64,000 nt of DNA from Amphiscolops sp. MND2022 (taxonomy: Eukaryota). The first letter of the stretch is position 1. Each line of letters begins with the position of its first letter. The notes below the pieces were generated by a model. That model saw only the letters and a program-made list of their open reading frames with translations. It searched no databases and had not been told where the DNA came from. Made by a program: the position numbers and the translations under genes. Of the stretch, positions 1 through 12,031 are shown piece after piece. The DNA is taken from positions 61,444,001-61,508,000 of the forward strand of contig OZ076409.1 in the NCBI GenBank assembly GCA_964187785.1. Reading direction: 5' to 3'.

Positions 1-267
1 GTTTTTACCAGCGGTATATTGCACGTTGACATCGAAATGGCTCAAGCGGTCTAGCCACCGCGTTAATCTTGAGCTGTACTGTTTGTGCGCCCTGTTTCGT
101 TTTAGCAGTGGTTGTAGTGCCTGGTGGTCGGTCAAGAGGTTTACTTTTTTTCCGTAAACGTAGTATCTAAAATATTCGAGGCCCCATAAGACGCCTAGTA
201 ATTCAAGTTCATTTATGGCATATTTTCGTTCACATTCGGTGAGAAATCAGCTGGCAAACGCCACCGG
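1..267 (-). pseudogene. RNase H remainder of the same pol
   Basis: Alternative frame reads PVAFAS*FLTECERKYAINELELLGVLWGLEYFRYYVYGKKVNLLTDHQAL..RLTRWLDRL; frameshift near 270 plus one in-frame stop. Confidence 0.88.
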
Positions 268-2692
268 CTAAAAAAGTTTCGTTTTCTTTCTGCCATAGGG
301 TTGCCCCTAATCCGGTATTACAAGCGTCGGTGGTTATGAATTTATCTTTCTTTGGGTCGAAGTGTGCTAGACATGGTGTTTCGGTTATTTTCTTTTTTAG
401 TTGTTCAAAATCATCGTTTATTTCTTTTGTCCATTCCCATTTTACGTCTTTCTTGAGTAGTTTTCTTATTCTATCGGTCTTTTTAGACAAGTTGTTCAGA
501 AATTTTGATAAATGTTGTATCGAGCCCAGAAATGATTTTAGCTCTTTCGTGTTTGTGGGGGCTTTTAATTTTGTTATAGCCTCGGTTTTATCTTTAATTG
601 GCTTTACCCCTTCTTCGTTTATCAAGTACCCCAACCAGGTTAGCTCTTTTTTGAACAGTTCTGTTTTTCTTTCACTCGCTCGGTAACCGGCTTCTTGCAA
701 TTTTGTTAGAACTTCGCGTAGTTCCCGATCGTGTTCTTCTATTGTTCCGTTTGTGACGCAAATGATGTCATCTAACCATACCGGCGTTTTAAATTCTAGG
801 ACCTTGTCTATATGTTCTTGAAATACCGTTGGTATGTCTGATAGGCCGTAGAATCCCTTCTTGAACCGGTAGTGTCCCATGAAATCGCCGCCAATAATGG
901 AGACCACGCAATGTCTTGATGCTTCTGCGGATAGTTTGGCCTGTCCGTATGCATAATCTAAATCAATCTTGGACATCCAAATTTCGCCGTTATTTTGTGT
1001 ACTTTTTGCATAAATTTGACTGATTAGTTCCTCCATATTTGGCATTGTTGCTTTTCTTTTTTTGCAAGATTCGTTTAGTTTCCGAGAGTCTAGTGCATTT
1101 TTTACTGATTTGTCTTTTTTGATTGTTATAACGGATGGTGAGACAAAGCAGTTTTCAGTTGTTTTATCGGCTTTTTCCAAATGTCCTTTTTCGATTAATT
1201 TATCTAATTCTTTTTTCACAATTTTTTGAAAGTGTATTGGTACTGGTCTCCCCTTTTGTTGTATCGGTTTTGCGTCTTTTTTCAATTGAATGTCTATTGT
1301 TACGTTTTTTATGGTGTGATTGTTTTTTAAAAAGTTCTCGAAATCTTTAAAAATTTTCTCACCTTGTTCGTTTGTGGTTATGCTTCTGATGATGTTTGTT
1401 TCGCGGCTTCCTTGCAAACCGATTTCCAATTTATCTAGCCAATCCAATCCCAGCAGGGGTTGTGTATTCTTTTTCTCAGTTATTAGGATTGGCAACATCA
1501 CTTTTGTTTTCTCTGTTTTGACCTCAACTATTGCCTCGCCTTTGAATTCTATCGGGTTTTTGTTTACGTCCACGAAACACTTTGAAGTCGCTTTGAGTTG
1601 TTTTGGAGTGATAATTGGTGGGATAATCGATACTGGAGAGCCGGTGTCAATTATGAATTCAATTGGTTGTCCATCCACCAATAGGATGGCTTTGTAGAAG
1701 TCTACTCGATTTATGCCGTTGACGGACTGAATGTGGTCAATTTTTGGCCATGATTCCGTGTTGCTACCGGTATCTTCCTCTTGTATCCGGTTTACGGTTC
1801 TTGATCGGCAGACCTTTGCAAAGTGACCGGACTTTTTACAGTTGTTGCATTTCGCCTTCCGTGCTGGGCAGATGTGGTCGGGTGTCCAGCTGGATTTTCC
1901 GCAGAAGTGGCAATTTCGCTCCGTGTTTTTCTTTTTAGCCATGAACGTGGCCTTCTTCTTCGTTGCGGGTTTTGTGTATCCGACCTGTTCCTCGTCTGAT
2001 GTGCTTTCGGATGAATTTTTTCGCTGTCTCTTGGAGGTTGTTTGTTTGTCTCCATATTTCTGGTTATAATTGTCCAGCTCAATGGTCTCCAATATCAGTG
2101 ATAGCTTCAGTGGGCCATTGATGAATTTGTCTCGGGCTTTTTTATCGTTTATGGTTGCTGCGAATTTGTATGTAATGATGTCTTCGGGTGTGATGGTGGT
2201 AAAATCGCACTTTCTTTCAATGTCTACAAGCCTCTTCCAGTACTCGTCTAGGGTTTCGCCATCTTCTTGCTTGATATTAAAGAATTGGGCCCGGCTGTGG
2301 AATACATTTCTGGTTGGTAGGAAGGTCTTTTTGAATAGTTTCAACAACTCTTGGAGACTAATATCTTTAAGTTCCTTTCCCCATTGACCTCTCATGATTT
2401 CGTGCTTTGCTTTTGGGCCCAGTGCCCATATAACGTCACCTTTGATATGGTAGGTTGTATGAGGGTCCATAGAGTCTGTCCCTTGTTCCATCAACTCGTC
2501 CAGTTTCTTTTGGTATGTCAAATCTATGTATTCGGATATTTGTTCCCACCACATTTTGGGATTGGCTTTTGATAGGTCAGTTTCTCTATCCGATAAGATC
2601 GGGATCTTGTACTTGTTTCTTTCAGTCCTTTCGACTGTTGTTTGGTTGACCGCCGTTGGGTCGGTTTCGTTGTTGTTGCTCGTGTTTTCCAT
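230..2692 (-). CDS. Gag-protease-reverse transcriptase polyprotein (single frame; frameshifted at the start of RNase H)
   Basis: Zn knuckles CHFCGK..HICPA..CNNCKKSGHFAKVC; protease FIIDTGS; RT motifs SKIDLDYAY, FYGL, WLDD, LGY; RNase H start TDACNTGLGA. Confidence 0.93.
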   Translation of the reverse strand: MENTSNNNETDPTAVNQTTVERTERNKYKIPILSDRETDLSKANPKMWWEQISEYIDLTYQKKLDELMEQGTDSMDPHTTYHIKGDVIWALGPKAKHEIMRGQWGKELKDISLQELLKLFKKTFLPTRNVFHSRAQFFNIKQEDGETLDEYWKRLVDIERKCDFTTITPEDIITYKFAATINDKKARDKFINGPLKLSLILETIELDNYNQKYGDKQTTSKRQRKNSSESTSDEEQVGYTKPATKKKATFMAKKKNTERNCHFCGKSSWTPDHICPARKAKCNNCKKSGHFAKVCRSRTVNRIQEEDTGSNTESWPKIDHIQSVNGINRVDFYKAILLVDGQPIEFIIDTGSPVSIIPPIITPKQLKATSKCFVDVNKNPIEFKGEAIVEVKTEKTKVMLPILITEKKNTQPLLGLDWLDKLEIGLQGSRETNIIRSITTNEQGEKIFKDFENFLKNNHTIKNVTIDIQLKKDAKPIQQKGRPVPIHFQKIVKKELDKLIEKGHLEKADKTTENCFVSPSVITIKKDKSVKNALDSRKLNESCKKRKATMPNMEELISQIYAKSTQNNGEIWMSKIDLDYAYGQAKLSAEASRHCVVSIIGGDFMGHYRFKKGFYGLSDIPTVFQEHIDKVLEFKTPVWLDDIICVTNGTIEEHDRELREVLTKLQEAGYRASERKTELFKKELTWLGYLINEEGVKPIKDKTEAITKLKAPTNTKELKSFLGSIQHLSKFLNNLSKKTDRIRKLLKKDVKWEWTKEINDDFEQLKKKITETPCLAHFDPKKDKFITTDACNTGLGATLWQKENETFLAGGVCQLISHRM

Positions 2693-2853
2693 CGGTTTTT
2701 CTTTTCTTGTTCGTAGCTGTATTCAACGTAAAGTTAGCATCAACTGAATATAGTCTAGAGAGCACTGTAAGTTCATTGGCAGGTACCTAATTACTGTTGT
2801 CTAGACTATTCTCTCTTCAGAAAGTCAGACATCATTTTCGTTTCCGTATAACA

Positions 2854-3985
2854 TTTGATCTGCTGTGGAGGGAGAAAACTGACTGATATTGAGGTTTCAC
2901 ACAAACGTTTGGTACTGCAAAGCATTGTTTGGATGCAGACATGAATCCTAATTACATATGTGAAGACATGTGGAGAAAGTTCGACCCTGGACCTTATGAC
3001 AATTGAGGCCAAAGCGCTCCGAGCCAGTGAGTTGTAGCATTTGTCAACGGACAGGATGCTCATTTTTTCAACGGACCTGGTACTTCACCAAAGTTTTGGA
3101 AATGGGAGAAGGACCTGTATAAGTATCTCAAAACAATGGGTACTGTTTCGTCAGGGAGATGATACGGAAGTGCTCATCATCGAGAACTACAGGGGCCCAG
3201 GTGTTTTGAGAGAACTTCACACCGACAATTAAAATAACTCGAAACACCATATTCAAAAAGGCTTTTTCACTGAAAGTGCCGTCATCAATTTTCCTATTGG
3301 ATTGGAACGGGAATCACAGACTTTCAAACAAACATATGTCCCGGTAATATGATTGTGTCGAAAATGTGGGTGAAGTCTGGTGGTAATAAGGGGGCGACAA
3401 CCAGCGGAAGTGAATCACACGTTTTTCATAGTTGCGTTGATTAGTTTGTCGTGCCATTACCCCCGTTGGACTTGGACAACGAGGAGAATAAATGGGATTT
3501 CCACCACCTGGTGGGTTGCAAAACGTTTCCCACCGAGAGTGTACAGCGTGAACTGGGAGCATTCTCATTCAAGAATAGACAGGGTTACCTGTGAGCGTAT
3601 TCGGGATTTTCCTGCTCATCCAGTTCTTCCTTTTTCATTTGCGCATCTTGACAATCAAGATAGTCGCCAATCTGAACCGCTCGATTTTCTTTTTGATTCC
3701 TAATAGCTTTAACTGAAACTATGCTCTATAATCATGAAAGGTTTAATAGGCACTCTGAATAGACGAAAGTGTAGCTTTTTGTCTCTTTTCAGAATCATGC
3801 AACTGCAAAACCCAGGGTGTTTCTCTCAAGCGCATCACTGCCGCTTTTCTATCAAACAAAGATTGGGAACGCGTTCGAATGGCGTTCGAAATAATCATAT
3901 CAAGGTTTATTTTTCTCTTGGAGCTGTGAATTGAGCTGAAGATCATGTCAGGCCTAAACAAAGTTTGTCGAGAGCAACTGTGCAT
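2854..3985 (-). pseudogene. Decayed unidentified reading frame, cut by the Gypsy terminus at 2853
   Basis: ORFs 3743..3985 and 3314..3568 share a frame; about 9 stops in ~377 codons by hand count, low for this AT content. Confidence 0.35.
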
Positions 3986-5796
3986 TCACAAAACACTTTG
4001 AAACCATTGAATCCGATATTTGGATGCCGTCCGGGGTCTTTATTTGCAGTCTTTTTCCGTTTTTCCTCGTCGTCTGTACGCTTCAGTAATTGATGTTTTT
4101 CAGTTATTTGGAGCTATCGTTTCGAGACACTCATTTTGGAATCATTTTAAATGCCTAGGGCAATTCCTTTGAGCATGAACAAACTAAAACGCAGACAAAA
4201 AGAACTGAAATCGCAACTCCTTCTTTCAACCGGTGGTTTTACCTCTGATAAGATTTGAACAGTACTTCTGCATGGTATACTAGCGATATAATTTAGAAAA
4301 GAAATCTTTATTCGAATGAAACTCATTTGCAAAAGCATCAATATTTATCGGAATCGAATTAAATTTTATGCACTTGGAACAGAAATGAGCTTAGGAAGCT
4401 TTAGTATCTGTCGTGGACCAATTAATAAGAAGATTGAAAGAAAAATAATCAGAAAAATTCATCTATGCTCTACTACAACATACGCTTCATTGACAGTCTT
4501 TTTGAAGAATTAGGACATTCTTTTGAAAATTGGAGTGCTGACATCGCTGCCTATTGTTCACGTTTTGAGATTTTTCGAGTTGTTCAAACGTTTCACTTTT
4601 TCTGGTCGTCTGAAATTCATATCTTCTCCCAGTTGTAACCAAGTATGACGCTTGCGATCTTCCGTATTAAAGTCCGCTTGTTACATCGGAACAGTTATCA
4701 CCTTCAGTAAGCGATTGGAGTGGAGATTCCATTTTATTTTGTCTGAAATCGTTTCTGACCTGTTTTCTTGAATATGTTTCGAATACGTTGGGGACGTTGT
4801 TAAGTTCAAACATAGCTCCGATACTATCATACCAATTACTAAAAAAGGTCTTGTAGAATTCGACTATTTTACTCGTTTGTTTGAATTATTTTGGCAGCCA
4901 TGGGCTTGTAGAGCATCTAGAGGCGTTGCATGGGATAAGTATCAGGCACTTTATATATCAAGTCACAGACCTTTCTCAATTTCATGAACAAAACAATGTC
5001 CTGAAGTATTTGAATTATATTTAGAGGAACTCTGCAGAACTTTTTTCCATTCTATGTACTTTCCACCATTTTGTTGAACTTTTCAGTTTTTCGTTGCACC
5101 CATTTGGTATCGTTCATTTCATTCACAGTTTTCCCGGATCAATTTTGGAAAAAAGGTACGAACCAAATGAAACAGAGCCGACTGCTAATGGAAACACTTT
5201 GCGATTAATTCTGCACGTGACGTCAAAGAAGACAAAGAATAGCTCAACAATCAAGCTCACGATGAAAATGAAAGTCATGAAGAAGACTATCAGGGCCAGG
5301 AACTGAGTGACATTCACTAATGACATCACTTTGGTCGCATCTGAAACAACAACAAAACTCAACAATGTCTATGCACAATATCTTCTAGCAATAGATGAAC
5401 ATATATTTCAGCGTGAAATAAAAACGAAAACACTTAATAGGCACTTTTTACTTCAATGTTTTTACCTGATTCGATGACAAGTTTAGAAGTAAGAGAGTAG
5501 TAGTTTGAGCAGCCTTCGTATTCCTTAGGACGTATTGTTCTGATCGTGCTGCCACATACAACAAATACCCCCATGCTAGACACGCGAGTTATGTCTGAAA
5601 TGAAAACAATTTTTATTTTCCGCCCATATTTCATATGGGAAAGGAAAATATTTAAATCAAACGGTTTTTTTTTTTTTTACAAAATTTGCCAAGATTTTAT
5701 TTATATTTAAATTTAAGGGTGTTACCCATAGAATTCAACCGACATAAATTTAGCTTCGTGCGATATGTATTTGTAGAGATTTTTGAAGTTTTTTTA

Positions 5797-5878
5797 AAAA
5801 ATGACGAAAATGACGAAAATGACCCCTTAATGACAAAATGACCCCTTAATGACAAAATGACCCCGAAAATGACAAAAA
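5797..5878. repeat. Short AAATGAC-based tandem repeat
   Basis: aaaatgacg x2, then ttaatgacaaaatgacccc x2 and a further aaaatgac. Confidence 0.8.
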
Positions 5879-7784
5879 TTCCCAAATTTCTCATTTTTAA
5901 ACATTTTTATGCAATTTTTGCCATTTTTTGAGACACCGCGAATTAGAAAAATGGACAAGATGAATCGAAGCTTTCTTTTCTTCGAACTTCTCAGCGTTTT
6001 TATAGTGCATTAGTTATTCTTGAGCCTCAAATTTATGTAGTTGTAGAACAGTTCGGGGCGGAAAATATCCCGCTCCTCAGCGGGCGTCTTGTCATAATTT
6101 CAACAGATAGTAGAACTGTTATGCAATATGATTGTTGTGATCAAAAGCTTTATGAAAGGAGATCAATGTGATAGGATGCATTTATATAACCACGCACTTA
6201 TATTATGAATGCTTTGGAGAAAACTTTTCTGATGGGATTACATTCTCCGATAAATTTTGACAGGATTTTCTGAGCGTAACGAATCGTCAAATCAGTAAAT
6301 GACAAACCATGCTGAAAGTTGCATGGTATCTTTAAATGTCTTGGGTGGCGCTTTATGAAGTGAAAATTTCAATCCGAACGAATTGAACAATCAAATGATC
6401 TACAGTACGCTAAAGATCAAAAGCGGGCCAAAATGATTCAAATGGCCCTCCTTTTATTTTGAGATTTTTACTTCACAGAGCTATATATGGGTTTTTTAGA
6501 GATTGTGAGACTTTGCTGAAAAGTTTGTCTGAAAAGTTGGGGCTGATTTAATAACAAAGGGTCTTTCCTTAGATTTTTCTTCGGCAATGTGAGACGGAAA
6601 ACATTTCCAAAAAAGGTTCTTGCCAATTTCAAACGGTTCTCGGCTAGTTCTAGGTTGCCAGACACCGTTATTGAGGCTTTACCAAACTATGCAGGAAATT
6701 TTGAGCATATGCAACCAATTTTACTGGGGTGAAATGATTTTTTCCATGACTTTATGCTATTCTGAACTCTGACATTTTTCAATTCCGAACGCAAGGACGA
6801 CCACTGGTTACCGCTGTGATCGATTCAATTCGTACGGCAAAACTAGAATCGAATAAATCTCAGGAGTTAGCATAGTTCAGATGCTAAATACACTGAACAA
6901 ATAAGGCACATTGCATGGAACGAAGCATTTTGGAACGAAGCATCTGAAATTGGTTGCATCGAAATCTCGGTACTTGGTTCTAGGGAAAATGATCCTTGTT
7001 TACATACTCTATCGTTCCACTAAAGCTATTGACAGTTCATTTGTTTGAATGAACTTCGCATTGTCAACGGCCGAAATTAACAATAGTGCAGGTGAAATAA
7101 CGGCGGGCATAATTTCATTGGGAACAGGTGCAAACATCCGATTACAACGCTATTATTCACAACATCCGGAACATAAAACTTCAGTAGAACGCGAGTCCCC
7201 AAGGAACTAACGCCAATAGCACCATCTCTACTTAATAGTAACAAAAACACATGACAAAGAGATTTTCTTCTCATTGAGATGTGAAAAAGTCTTTTTCTGG
7301 CCTTTCCAGCACTTTTCTTATCATTGTTCACGTTGCCCACACCTCTTTGTACTTTTTCTTTGTATGATCTGTCCGAAAAATTCAATATTTTGTTCGACTT
7401 TATCATCGAACATGACAGAATTTTTGGTCTCAGACAGCATGTGGTTAGATTGTTTGGATTCTACGAAAGTAGATGAATATTTACACGAATTCACGTGAAA
7501 GATATTTGATGTTATTATGACATGGTTTTATAGATTTTACAGTTGCCCAAATACGCTTGGACTTTCTCAAAGAATTATAAGGTTCCGTTTTAGGAACTTT
7601 TAACGAAAGGTTAAGATCATTATGAAAGTCCATCTCAGGTCTGACTTTGTAAACAATGAGTCCTCCAACTAATCTGAGTGGCAAGAAGATTCAAGCCTAA
7701 CTATCATTTTAAGTCGTTGTCATTGAATTGAGGTTCTTCAGTAACAAAAAATTACCGCAACCTAATAAAAGGCGATGAGACAGT

Positions 7785-8033
7785 TGTTGAATATCTCAAG
7801 GAAATCATGCGGCTCAACATGAAATAACTCATTCGAAAATCACAGTTTGTTCATAAATTCATCCAGCATCAATGAAACAGAAATGTTAAGTTCTTCATGT
7901 CGATAACCATTTCAGTTGTTTTCAATTTCCCGCTTTAATCACTTCTACTTTTTTTTCGTTTCTCTCTCTCGACGAAAAAAACCGTTTAATGGAAACAACA
8001 GTTTTTATTAATCAGCTGAAGTAGCATCGTACT
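7785..8033 (+). repeat. BEL 5' LTR
   Basis: TGTTGAATATCTCAAGG...CGTACT; matches 12032-12275 with multiple substitutions. Confidence 0.93.
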
Positions 8034-8113
8034 TTTTGGTGGCCACAGATAGCACGAGAGTCATCAAGAATTACTGGAACCTCTACTACATTTAACAAGC
8101 AGTTTATTCCAAC

Positions 8114-9500
8114 ATGGGGGATGAAACTGAAGCACAGAGATTAGCGAAATTAACAAGAATCAGAGGTGGGACACGAGCTGCTGCAACAAAAAGGATGAAT
8201 CGTTCGGAAGAAATCCTTGCGGATCAAGTGGATCCAGAAACCAAGCTTGAGTTAGCCGCTTTGTGTAACTTTCTCAAGAAGCATAGTCAGACCCTTGATG
8301 AGATGAAATTGGAAATTCAAGGACTTACGAACATTGATGACATTGACGGTGAAATTGCCAGTAGTGAAGACTGCGATGCAAAATCAAGCCAGCAATACAA
8401 CGAGCTGCAACAAAACTAGCAACAGACGTAGGTTCAACCACAATCACCTTAAACAACTCATCCGGAAGTAATCAAGATTCAAGATTGAAATTACCTAAAC
8501 TAGACATTCCAAAGTTTGATCGCTTATATTCTCATTGGACGTTTGTTGATCTGTTCGACGGAGCAGTTGACTCAAACCCAAGTCTTTCAAGCTCGCACAA
8601 ACTGTTCTACCTCAAGGGACTGCTGACGGGCGAAGCCAAACGTCTTCTTTCAGCCATCACAATCACTGATGCGAATTATGGCGAAGCAAGAACGACGTTG
8701 AAAGAGCGCTGCGAAAATCGGAGAGCAACTGTTCGTGAACATATCTCATCAAATTTTAACGCATCAACTGCTACCAAGAAGGCAGGTTCGTTGCGTAATT
8801 TAATGCAGACTGCCGATGAGCACAGACGTGCCCTGGTAGCTCTGGGGTTGAATATGGATGAAATGGACGGGACGTCTACACTGTCTATCACGTTGTTGAA
8901 AAAACGGACGCAGAATCAAGGCGTGAAAAAGAGCTGGAACCATCTGGCACCGATCTCCTGAAGAACGAAGATCTACGCACGTTTCTGATCACAAGATGCC
9001 GTGCATTGGAAGCTGCACATGGCAGTAAGCAATCATCAACCAACAGGGGGGTTGAATTTGGGCAGGCACAAAGTGGTGGTGAGCGGAACCATTCGCTATC
9101 TGCCACTCAAACCAACAAGTGCCCACAGTGAAAACAAGCTTATGGACTATATGCCTGTGATGAATTCAGGACGAAGACAGTTGGCAACAGACGCAATTTG
9201 GTTATAGACGAAGGGTTGTGTTTCAACTGCCTACTTTCAGGTCACGCAGCTAAGGATCGTTCTTCAATGAAGAAATGTAAGTTATGCAATAAATCTCATA
9301 ACACGATGTTGCATATCAATCAAAACAATGTTGCCGCATCAGTGGCCAGCGATGAAACAACCAAAACAAGCGCATGTACTCAAATTGCCACCGCTATGAG
9401 TTCTAGCTATCATGTGTTGCTACAAACAGCCAACATCCAAGTCCTAAACAAGCAAGGATGAGCAATTTTTTGTAGTGGTCTACTTGACAGTGGGTCAACT
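8114..9500 (+). pseudogene. BEL gag (DUF1759-like), Cys/His knuckles and protease remnant
   Basis: KLPKLDIPKFD..W..FVDLF..AVD..KLFYLKGLLTGEA; LCFNCL..GH..CKLC..HNTMLH; LDSGS near 9483; several frameshifts and stops. Confidence 0.88.
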
Positions 9501-9607
9501 TTATCATAAGATCATGATGACTAATGCATGCCGCGCTAAATTGGGACTTGCATTAGAGAACTCTGAATCATCGTTCACAGTGGCTGGTACGCTACGTCAG
9601 CTACGTC

Positions 9608-10904
9608 GTGTCTGGCCCAATCATGGCAAGGAGAAAAGTTTTGCCAATAGTGAATCACATCATGACACAAGATGATTGCCTTCAAAATTTTTGGGAGACA
9701 GAAGAAATACCTTTCTCGCCAAAAAACATATGGACCAAAGAAGAACAAGAATGCTCGAAGCATTACGATGACACTACTACGCATCAAAGCGATGTCCGCT
9801 TTGTAGTAGAAATGCCATTCAAGAAACCAACTCGTACATTTGGTGACTCATTCAAACAAACCAGACAGCGTTTCGAAGCACAGGAAAGGAGATTGCAGAT
9901 AAACCCTTGCGTCAAAGAGCAGTACAAGGCTATTATCAAAGAATTCGAAGACAAGGGTCACTTAGAAGAAGTGCCTCCAGATGAACTTGATATTGGTTGT
10001 GAAAACCATTATTATCTTCCACACCATGCAGTGTTCAAAGAGTCAAGTACCACTACCAAGTTGCGAGTAGTATTTGATGGATCGGCAAGGATCTTCGCCG
10101 GACCATTTCATGTCAAAATGAAAGGAACCTTGAAATCAACAGAGAAAGTGTACATCTCATCATCGCTACAAAGGCCATTCATCTGGAAATTCTTTCCCAT
10201 TTGACTACCGAAGCATGCATTGCCGCATTAAAGCGATTTTTAGCAAAGCGGGGAGTACCGGCTGCAATATTTAGCGATAATGGTACAATTTTGTTCCGTG
10301 CACGGAATGAACTTTTACATCTCAAAATGATCCTAGCGAAAAGGAGAGATTCTGTTTCACAATTTGCTACAAATCTATGATCCCGCCCCGTGCCCCACAC
10401 TTCAGAGAATTATGGGAAGCAGGTGTGAAGGCTGTCAAACTGCATCTCAAAAAGATCATGGGAAATACAATTCTTTCGTATGAAGAGTTCCTAACACTTG
10501 TTATACAAATTGAAGTTATATTGAATTCACGTCCACTATCCCTGGTGAGCTCTGAAACTAACGACTTGGAACCTCTTACGCCAGGGCATTTCCTCATGGG
10601 AACCTGTCCAAATAGTCTACTAGAAGACCCAAGACAATCAAACATCTCGAATGAAAGGCGATATCTTGTCCAGAAAATGAGACAACTGTTCTGGAACAGC
10701 TGGTCTCGAGAATATCCGATTCAAATTCAAAATGAGTCTAAGTGGAAACATATCGGTCGGCAGCCCAAGGTTCATGATTTGGTCCTGATTGCCGAAGACA
10801 ATACAACACCTCTACAATGGCCTATCGCACGGATACTTGAACTTTATCAGGGAATGATGAAATTGCCCGGGTTGCAAAACTCAAGACAAAAATCGCCATA
10901 CTAA
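9608..10904 (+). pseudogene. BEL pol remnant: RT N-terminus joined directly to integrase and DUF5641-like tail
   Basis: YYLPHHAVFKESSTTTKLRVVFDGSA is immediately followed by integrase (D)FAGPF; then FSDNGT, PRAPHF..WEAGVK, LNSRPL, LTPGHFL, QWPIARI. Confidence 0.9.
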
Positions 10905-11081
10905 TTCGTCCTGTGACAAAACTCTGACACCTTCCCACAGAAATCTCCAGTGACCATGCTCGATCTAGTTAATGAAGATACAATGTTCATTGTTATTTTT
11001 CACTTACCCTTTCCATTTTCAATCCCCCAACGGAACATTCAGACAAATCAAGTTCGGACAAAGCAATGAAAATACACTTCC

Positions 11082-11981
11082 TCATTTATCTTTAGTTATG
11101 AAGTTCACGTGGGAATTGACCCATCTCAGCCCCATTTGGTGCGAACTCCAGATCCGATGTTGCAATGATGCCAAGCATATAATCCACTCCAGTTTGTTAT
11201 CCTCAGCGAGCCAACGTATCAAAATGTCAACTCCCAGCAAGGAGGCCAAGGCGTGAATGACGATTCCACACACATTGACACACATTGTGATCAACATTAA
11301 TCTCTGAGGAACGGAGTCGGACACATTCATCAAAGCTCTCCCTATATATTGCTCTCAAGGATGATTTGGCCCTTTCTTCTTCCATGTGTGACAAAACTGC
11401 CTGTCTCAACTTTCCATGATCTTTTCTGTTGGCATAAATGTCATATAAGACTGAGAAGAAAACGCAATTGCCATTTGATAGAATACCTTCAACATTGACA
11501 GGCAATCGGAAGGGAACGGCGAACTCGACTGTTGGAACACCAACATACTGCAGCTCCAACTGAGAACAGATCATCCGTCTTTTGTCTGCGTCGACAAGTA
11601 CGAAATTCGACGCTGTACTCTGAAACCACACAGCCCCAGCTAACATGTGACATTGAAAACATCTTACGCGACACAACTTCTCCAGTTTTGTCAGAAGACC
11701 AACCCAACACAGTGCCAACTCTCCCTCATCCTTTGTTCCACCTTTCTGACGCCATGGTTGTAACTTTGACCAAATCGCCCGTGTGTTTTCTCTGCTTTTG
11801 CCTCCAGGTTGGCCTCTCGGAGCACAAGCAAACCACCACGTTTCAGGACTCCATATAATAGCTCATACAATTTTGCCTCCTGTCTTACATTGGCCTTTCC
11901 TGAACGGTCCCCCTTCAGGCTCACTGGATACGGCATTCCTAGCTTCCTCTCCATGATTTCAGTATATCGCTAGTTGTCCAT
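11082..11981 (-). pseudogene. Antisense cargo gene: H2C2 zinc finger plus OTU-like cysteine protease
   Basis: Three ORF pieces join into one frame when tandem duplications CCAAC (11699-11708) and ACACACATTG (11268-11287) are collapsed; motifs TH..NHG..W..CFQC, GILSNGNCVF..H.KLRQAV..M, IHALASLLGVDI, LRWVNSHV. Confidence 0.78.
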
Positions 11982-12031
11982 TACGATCTGAAATGGGTAC
12001 AAATATTGAAACTAGTTCAACGCGGGGAGAA

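Larger units (their letters stand above)
1..2853 (-). mobile_element. Ty3/Gypsy LTR retrotransposon (Mag-like), 5' part; continues beyond the left window edge
   Basis: Gag-PR-RT-RNaseH order on the minus strand; probable terminus TGTTATACGG at 2853; other end and TSD are outside the window. Confidence 0.9.

Noticed and set aside
330..2747. Plus-strand ORFs opposite gag-pol (likewise minus-strand ORFs at 35053-40753)
   Set aside because: Shadow frames of real coding sequence with no motifs
6100..7780. Possible decayed plus-strand gene, including an IISLGTG motif near 7110
   Set aside because: Many stops, no consistent frame, and the motif is too short to support an ADAR or patatin call
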